Shown in pieces: positions 58,517 to 64,000 of a stretch of DNA of 64,000 bases. Where the stretch lies: positions 192,001 through 256,000 of the forward strand of contig CAWGVS010000006.1 in NCBI GenBank assembly GCA_963826115.1, in the 5' to 3' direction. A program made the position numbers and the translations under genes. The DNA is from an uncultured Candidatus Rokubacteria bacterium (lineage in GTDB: Bacteria > Methylomirabilota > Methylomirabilia > Rokubacteriales > DASRDR01). Each line of letters opens with the position of its first letter. Positions within the stretch are counted from its first letter, which is position 1. The notes beneath the pieces were generated by a model, which was given only the letters and a program-made list of their open reading frames with translations, searched no databases and was not told the origin of the DNA.

Positions 58517-58557
58517 AGAAAGGGGGTGAGGGGAGCGCCGGTCGCCCCCTCACCCCC
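58517..58557 (-). terminator. Intrinsic terminator-like hairpin between arc and dop
   Basis: 12-bp stem GGGGGTGAGGGG...CCCCTCACCCCC followed by TTTCT on the minus strand. Confidence 0.65.
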
Positions 58558-58562
58558 GCCAC

Positions 58563-60386
58563 CTACAGGTACTGGCCGGTGGTCTGGCGCTCCACGGGGC
58601 GATGCTTGTCCTTGGTTTCGCCCGTGAGCGGCTTGACGTAGACGATGCGCTCGCCCTTCTTCCCCGCGATCTTCGCCCAGTCGTCGGGGTTGGTCGTGTT
58701 GGGCAGGTCCTCGTTCTCCTTGAACTCCTCGCGCACGGCGGCCATCAGGTCCTCGAGCTTGATGCCCTTCTCGGCGCTCGCGATGTACCGCTTGAGCGCG
58801 AGCTTCTTGGCCCGCCGGACGATCGACTCCATCATCGCGCCCGAGGCGAAGTCCTTGAAGTACAGGACCTCCTTGTCCCCGTTCGCGTACGTGACCTCGA
58901 GGAACCGGTTCTCGTCGCCCGTCGAGTACATCTCCTCGACCGCGGTCTCGATCAGCCGCGCGATCGCCGCCGGGACGTCGCCGCCGTGCGGCGCGACCTC
59001 CTGCTCGTGCATCGGGATGTCGGGCGTGAGGTACTTGGCCATGATGTCGCCCGCCGACCCGCGGTCGGGCCGGTCGATCTTGATCTTCACGTCGAGGCGC
59101 CCGGGCCGCAGGATCGCGGGGTCGATCAGGTCCTGGCGGTTGGACGCGCCGATCACGATGACGTTCTTCAGCCCCTCGACGCCGTCGATCTCCGCCAGGA
59201 GCTGCGGGACGATGGTCGTCTCGACGTCGGACGAGATCCCCGAGCCGCGGGTGCGGAAGAGCGCGTCCATCTCGTCGAAGAACACGACGACGGGCACGTC
59301 CTCGGCCGCCTTTTCCTTGGCCTTCGTGAAGATCTCGCGGATCTTGCGCTCGGTCTCCCCGACGTACTTGTTGAGGAGCTCCGGGCCCTTGATGTTCATG
59401 AAGAAGCCCTTGATCTTCTCCCCGCGCTTCTCCGAGACCTTCTCCGCCAGGTTGTTCGCGACCGCCTTGGCGATCATGGTCTTGCCGCACCCGGGCGGGC
59501 CGTAGAGCAGGACGCCCTTGGGCGGCGCGAGCTTGTGCTCGCGGTAGTAGTCCGCGTAGAGGTATGGCAGTTCCACCGCGTCGCGGATCGCCTCGATCTG
59601 CGACGTCAGCCCGCCGATGTCCTCGTACTGGATGTCCGGCACTTCCTCGAGCGCCAGGTCCTCGACCTCGCTCTTCGGGAGCTTCTCCAGGAGGTAGCCG
59701 GACTTCGCGTCCATCAGGAGGTGGTCGCCGACCTTCAGCTTGATCGGACGGAGCGGGTCGGCGATGACCGCGACCTTCTCCTCGTCCGCGCGCACGGTGA
59801 CCACGGCGCGGGCCTCGTCCAGGGCCTCCTTCATGATCACGACTTCGCCCTGGATCTCGTAGCCCGCCGTCTCGATGACGTTCAGCCCCTCGTTCAGGAC
59901 GAGCTCCTGTCCGGGCTTGATCGACTCCTTCCCGATGGACGGGTGGAGGTTCACCTTCACCTTGCGCCCGCTGGACAGGATGTTGACGGTGCCGTCGTCG
60001 TTCAGCGAGAGGAACACGCCGTAGCTGGACGGGGGCGCGCAGAGCTTGTCGACCTCCTCCTTCAGCGAGGAGATCTGCTCGCGCGCCTCGTAGAGCGTGT
60101 TGACGAGCTTCTCGTTCTGGTTGAAGGCCTGGACCAGCTGGCGGTTCGCCTCCCGCAGCTTGTTCTCCAGGACCACGAAGTCCCTGGGGATCTCCTCGAG
60201 CTTCTTCCGGAGGTGGACGACCTCCGTCTCCATCGCGCGGGCGTGGGTCTGGAGATCCTGGATCTGGATCTCGTACTCGGTCAGCCGGCGGCGATAGGCC
60301 GATTCAGTCATCGGCAGGAACTTCGACAGGCCCTTGACGCCCTCGGGTTCACGGGGGGGATTCGCCTTCTTCTCGAACTCTTTCAT
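58563..60386 (-). CDS. arc: Proteasome-associated AAA+ ATPase (ARC/Mpa)
   Basis: N-terminal coiled coil, LCAPP, OB domains, [31 protein letters not shown]-terminal GQYL; GGGAGG RBS. Confidence 0.96.
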   Translation of the reverse strand: MKEFEKKANPPREPEGVKGLSKFLPMTESAYRRRLTEYEIQIQDLQTHARAMETEVVHLRKKLEEIPRDFVVLENKLREANRQLVQAFNQNEKLVNTLYEAREQISSLKEEVDKLCAPPSSYGVFLSLNDDGTVNILSSGRKVKVNLHPSIGKESIKPGQELVLNEGLNVIETAGYEIQGEVVIMKEALDEARAVVTVRADEEKVAVIADPLRPIKLKVGDHLLMDAKSGYLLEKLPKSEVEDLALEEVPDIQYEDIGGLTSQIEAIRDAVELPYLYADYYREHKLAPPKGVLLYGPPGCGKTMIAKAVANNLAEKVSEKRGEKIKGFFMNIKGPELLNKYVGETERKIREIFTKAKEKAAEDVPVVVFFDEMDALFRTRGSGISSDVETTIVPQLLAEIDGVEGLKNVIVIGASNRQDLIDPAILRPGRLDVKIKIDRPDRGSAGDIMAKYLTPDIPMHEQEVAPHGGDVPAAIARLIETAVEEMYSTGDENRFLEVTYANGDKEVLYFKDFASGAMMESIVRRAKKLALKRYIASAEKGIKLEDLMAAVREEFKENEDLPNTTNPDDWAKIAGKKGERIVYVKPLTGETKDKHRPVERQTTGQYL

Positions 60387-60475
60387 TGGCCTCCCGTCCC
60401 TCTCGGCGAGCACCGCGACCGCGCCGGGTCGGCCGGGACCGGCGGGGGCAACCACGCCCCACGTCAGCTTGAGCA

Positions 60476-60505
60476 ACTATAGGCGGCGCCGGAAAAAAAA
60501 GTCAA
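60476..60505 (-). promoter_or_regulatory. Putative sigma70 promoter TTGACT-N18-TATAGT for arc
   Basis: Near-consensus boxes; a T8 run extends from the -35 box into the spacer. Confidence 0.65.
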
Positions 60506-60670
60506 GTTGTGGGGCCGTTCCGACGCCGGTTCCGGCGCGAGATTGCCCGCTTCGAAGCCTCCTGCACGTCGAAATCGTGCAACGCCGGTGCCACTAGGTG
60601 GCGGACCCCGGCGTCACCTGGACGACGGAGGCGGTTCGGCGGGGCGCGGGGCTCTCTATAATGGACGCCT

Positions 60671-62293
60671 ATGCGTTTCGCCGTCGCTCGACGATCGCGG
60701 TGTGTGTGGCGCGTGGGGCGGTTCGCGCTCCTGGCGGGGCTCGTCGCGATGGTCTGTGTCGGTGGCGTCGCGGTCGCGACGCCCACCGGCGAGCTTCACG
60801 TCGGGGTTCCCCGCCTTCCCGCGACGCTCGATCCCGCGGACGCCACGACGCCCGCCGAGCTGATGGCGATGCGCCTTCTCTACGAGGGCCTCGTCGCGTT
60901 CGGCGAGCGTGGCGACGTCGAGCCCGCGCTCGCCACGGCGTGGGCCGTCTCGCGCGACGGGCTCGTGTGGACGTTCCGCCTCCGCCCGGACGTTCCGCTG
61001 CACGACGGCGCCGCGCTCGGCACCGATGACGTCCTCGCCGCCCTCGCCGCGCGGATCTCCGCGGACGAGCCGCCGGAAGGCGCGCCGGCCTGGGTGCGGC
61101 CGTTCCGCGGCGCGGCGCGCATCGTCCGCGAGGTGCGTCGCGGCGAAGGGGCGTCGATCCAGGTCGTCCTCGGGCAGCCGTACGCGCCGCTGCTCGCGCT
61201 ACTCGCCCACCCGGGTCTCGCGATCGCGGTCGCGCGGCCCGGGGGTCCACGGGTCGGCACGGGGCCCTACCGGGCCGTCGAGCTCACCCCCGACCGTCTC
61301 CTCCTCGAGGCAGCGCCCACCTGGCGCGGCGACCCGCCGCAGAGCGCCCGCCTGGCGCTCCACGCGGTGCCGGACGACGCGGGCGCACTCGCGGGACTCG
61401 GGCCCGGCAGTCCGCTTCACGCCGCGCTGGTCCAGGCGCCGCCCGCGTGGGCCGCGGTAGGCCTCCAGGTCGTGTCGGCGCCCACCTGGCGCGTTGGCTT
61501 GCTGGCGCTCCGCACCGACCGGGGCCTGACCAGCCGCAAGACGGTGCGGCAGGCGGTGGCGCTCGCGCTCGACCCCGCGCTCCTCCGGGCCGCGCTCGGG
61601 TACTGGGCGGCGCCGCACGGCGCGTGGCTCCCGCCCGGCGCGTGGGCTGCGCGCGACCCCGGGCCACTCCTCTTCGATCCCGCGCGCGCGCGGGGGTTGC
61701 TTCTCCAGGTCGGGCCGGTCGATCCAACGTTGACGCTGCTCGCCTCGGACCGCGTGTCGGGCCCGGAGGCGACGGCCCTCGCCGAGGCGATCCGCGTCTC
61801 GCTCGGCGCCGCGGGCTTCAAGGTCCAGGTGCGGCTCGAAGCGCCGGCCGCGGCCGACAGCGCGGCCCGCCAGGGCGCGGCGGAGCTGACGCTCCACGAG
61901 GAGACGCTCGACGTCAACGATCCGGACGTCTTCCTGCGGCGACTGCTGGCGACCGACGGCGCCACGCCCGGGAGCGCCACCAACGTCGCCTTCCTCCGGA
62001 GCCCGCTGGTCGACGGCATGCTCGTGCGCGCGGGTCAGCTCGGGTTTCGGCCCGAGCGCGTCCGCTTGTACCAGCGCCTTCAGGGCGTGCTTGCCGAGGA
62101 ACTGCCCTACGTCCCCCTCTACACCCGACTCCAGTGGATGGTGGCGCGACCCGAAGTGCGGGGCATCCAGCTCGACCCCGGCGGAATCCACCGGCTCGAG
62201 CGGATCCGGGTCGAGCCGTCGCCCACCCCGCCGCCGCCCCGGGCGCCGTTGAATCCGCTCTCCGGTCTGCCGCCCCCCCCGCCGCGGCCGTAG
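60671..62293 (+). CDS. ABC substrate-binding protein family 5 (Dpp/Opp-like), orphan
   Basis: TLDPA, LYEGLV, PALATAW.VSRDGLVWTFRLR...HDG, GTGPY, VRQAVALA, ELPYVPLY; Pro-rich tail. Confidence 0.88.
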   Translation: MRFAVARRSRCVWRVGRFALLAGLVAMVCVGGVAVATPTGELHVGVPRLPATLDPADATTPAELMAMRLLYEGLVAFGERGDVEPALATAWAVSRDGLVWTFRLRPDVPLHDGAALGTDDVLAALAARISADEPPEGAPAWVRPFRGAARIVREVRRGEGASIQVVLGQPYAPLLALLAHPGLAIAVARPGGPRVGTGPYRAVELTPDRLLLEAAPTWRGDPPQSARLALHAVPDDAGALAGLGPGSPLHAALVQAPPAWAAVGLQVVSAPTWRVGLLALRTDRGLTSRKTVRQAVALALDPALLRAALGYWAAPHGAWLPPGAWAARDPGPLLFDPARARGLLLQVGPVDPTLTLLASDRVSGPEATALAEAIRVSLGAAGFKVQVRLEAPAAADSAARQGAAELTLHEETLDVNDPDVFLRRLLATDGATPGSATNVAFLRSPLVDGMLVRAGQLGFRPERVRLYQRLQGVLAEELPYVPLYTRLQWMVARPEVRGIQLDPGGIHRLERIRVEPSPTPPPPRAPLNPLSGLPPPPPRP

Positions 62294-62443
62294 CGCCGAC
62301 CGGCGGGGCGGTCGCACACCGACGTCCACGCGCCGCCCGTCCCGGCGAGGCCGCTCGTTTGCCGCGGGCCGGGGCGCCGGCTACAATAGCCGCGGCCTCC
62401 CATACGACGGGCCACGCCGGGCCAAACCACGGAGGAGTCGCGG

Positions 62444-63424
62444 GTGCCCACGGTTCGTGAGACCGTCGCCGAGATGGTCCAGTACGTCTTCCCCCAGTAC
62501 GCGGGCGCACCGGGCCAGATCTACGGCGGGCGAATGATGGAGTGGATCGCCACCGCGGGGACCCTGGCCGCGTCGCGCGTCGCGCGGGGGCCGGTCGCGG
62601 TGGGCGCCATGGACGAGATCGACTTCCTCCACCCCGTGCGGGTGGGCGAGATCTCCATCTTGCGCGCCCGCGTGGAGTACGTCGGGCGGACGTCGCTCGA
62701 GGTGGGCGTGCGGGTCTACTCGGAGAACACGGCCACCGGAGAGCGGCACGCGACCCTCTCGTCGCACATGGCGTTCGTCGCGATCGACGAGGAGGCCCAC
62801 CCGCGTCCGATCGGGGCGCGCGTCGTGCCCGCGGATGCGGCCGAGGTGGCGGTCGTCGAAGCGGCGCAGGCGCGCCGCGAGGCCCGCCGGGCGCGTGTCG
62901 CCCTCCGGGCCGACCGGGCGCGCGAGGTGACCGACGAGACGGCGGGCTTCCGCTGGCGGTTCGAGCAGCAGCGGTTCGTGTTCCCGGACGACGCGCTGCA
63001 CGGGACTTTGATGTTCGCGGGGCGGCTCCTCCTCACGGTGGACGAGGTTGCCGCGATCCTCGCGGTCCGGTACGCTCGGGCGCCCCTGGCGACGGCGTCG
63101 ATGGACGCCCTCGAGTTCTACGCGCCGCTCCGCGTGGGGGACATGCTCACCTTCCGCGGCGCGCTGACGCGGGTGGGGACCCGGTCGATGGAGGTGGAGA
63201 TCCAGGTGCTGGCGGAGGCGCCGTTCACCGGCGAGATCCGCCACACCTGCACGGCGTACCTGACGTTCGTGAAGCTGCGCGCGGCGGGGGGGTCGATCCC
63301 GCCCCTCGAGCCGACGACGGCGGCGGAGCAGCGGGAGCGGGAGGCGGCGGACAAGCGCCAGGCGGCCCGCGTGGCGCGCGTGCACGCGCTCAAGGAGAGC
63401 CTGGCGCGCGAGCCCGCCTGGTGA
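62444..63424 (+). CDS. Double hotdog-fold acyl-CoA thioesterase
   Basis: Two repeats: GQIYGGRMMEWI...FLHPVRVG...GRTSLEV and HGTLMFAGRLL...FYAPLRVG...GTRSMEV. Confidence 0.9.
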   Translation: MPTVRETVAEMVQYVFPQYAGAPGQIYGGRMMEWIATAGTLAASRVARGPVAVGAMDEIDFLHPVRVGEISILRARVEYVGRTSLEVGVRVYSENTATGERHATLSSHMAFVAIDEEAHPRPIGARVVPADAAEVAVVEAAQARREARRARVALRADRAREVTDETAGFRWRFEQQRFVFPDDALHGTLMFAGRLLLTVDEVAAILAVRYARAPLATASMDALEFYAPLRVGDMLTFRGALTRVGTRSMEVEIQVLAEAPFTGEIRHTCTAYLTFVKLRAAGGSIPPLEPTTAAEQREREAADKRQAARVARVHALKESLAREPAW

Positions 63425-63493
63425 CCGGCGGCGACGTGCGGCCCGGCGACACGGGGGAGCCGGCTCCCCGGAACAACAGAGAGGGGTGAGGGG

Positions 63494-64000
63494 ATGTCCG
63501 GTCATTCGAAGTGGTCGCAGATCAAGCGCAAGAAGGCCAAGACGGACCAGGCCCGCGGGAAGGTGTTCTCGAAGCTCGTCCGCGAGATCACGACCGCGGC
63601 CCGGACCGGCGGCGACCCGAAGATGAACATGCGCCTCAAGACGGCGATCGAGGAGGCGAAGGCGGTCAACATGCCCGCCGACACCCTCAAGCGCGCCATC
63701 CAGAAGGGCACGGGTGAGCTGCCGGGCGAGACGTACGACGAGATCACCTACGAGGGCTATGGGCCGGGCGGCGTCGCCGTCATGGTCAAGACCCTCACCG
63801 ACAACAAGAACCGCACTGCCCCGGAGATCCGCCACACCTTCACCAAGTTCAGCGGGAACCTGGGCGAGGTCGGCTCCGTCGGCTGGATGTTCGACCGCAA
63901 GGGCATCATCCAGGTCGACACCGGGCGCGTGGACGAGGACGAGCTCCTGGGGGTGGCGCTGGACGCCGGCGCGGCCGACCTCCGGCGGGCGGACCCGGTC
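63494..64000 (+). CDS. yebC: YebC/PmpR family protein, truncated at window end
   Basis: [49 protein letters not shown]; missing from the ORF track because no stop falls in the window. Confidence 0.95.
   Translation, partial: MSGHSKWSQIKRKKAKTDQARGKVFSKLVREITTAARTGGDPKMNMRLKTAIEEAKAVNMPADTLKRAIQKGTGELPGETYDEITYEGYGPGGVAVMVKTLTDNKNRTAPEIRHTFTKFSGNLGEVGSVGWMFDRKGIIQVDTGRVDEDELLGVALDAGAADLRRADPV

Noticed and set aside
62215-62293. Pro-rich tail and C run at the end of the family 5 SBP as a frameshift or phase-variation site
   Set aside because: The SBP domain is complete before it; a low-complexity tail is sufficient explanation

Overview
Very GC-rich, densely coding bacterial DNA. Gene content resembles Candidatus Rokubacteria/Methylomirabilota, but this is inference only. 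No rRNA, tRNA, CRISPR or mobile element was seen. In order, the window holds: two convergent branched-chain (Liv) ABC operons; sixA plus a threonine-synthase-like gene; a sugar ABC module; a LigAB-type ring-cleavage mini-operon; amidohydrolases; an E2-SDR-E1a-E1b-PanE-like operon; an N-terminally extended KAS III; a 48-aa peptide with a lasso-type leader followed by a PaaK-like adenylating enzyme; acyl-CoA enzymes; IlvD, TenA and UbiX; two tandem sugar ABC modules; a UGA-split redoxin with a SECIS-like hairpin (probable selenoprotein); a divergent M32 carboxypeptidase / circularly permuted ATP-grasp pair; an arc-dop-prcB-prcA-pafA locus with no pup gene; and partial yebC. The strongest leads are (1) a putative non-lasso RiPP system at ~26.1-32.4 kb, (2) the pup-less proteasome locus flanked by a ligase/carboxypeptidase pair, and (3) the hidden selenoprotein. 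All family calls come from motifs read by eye, with no database searches.
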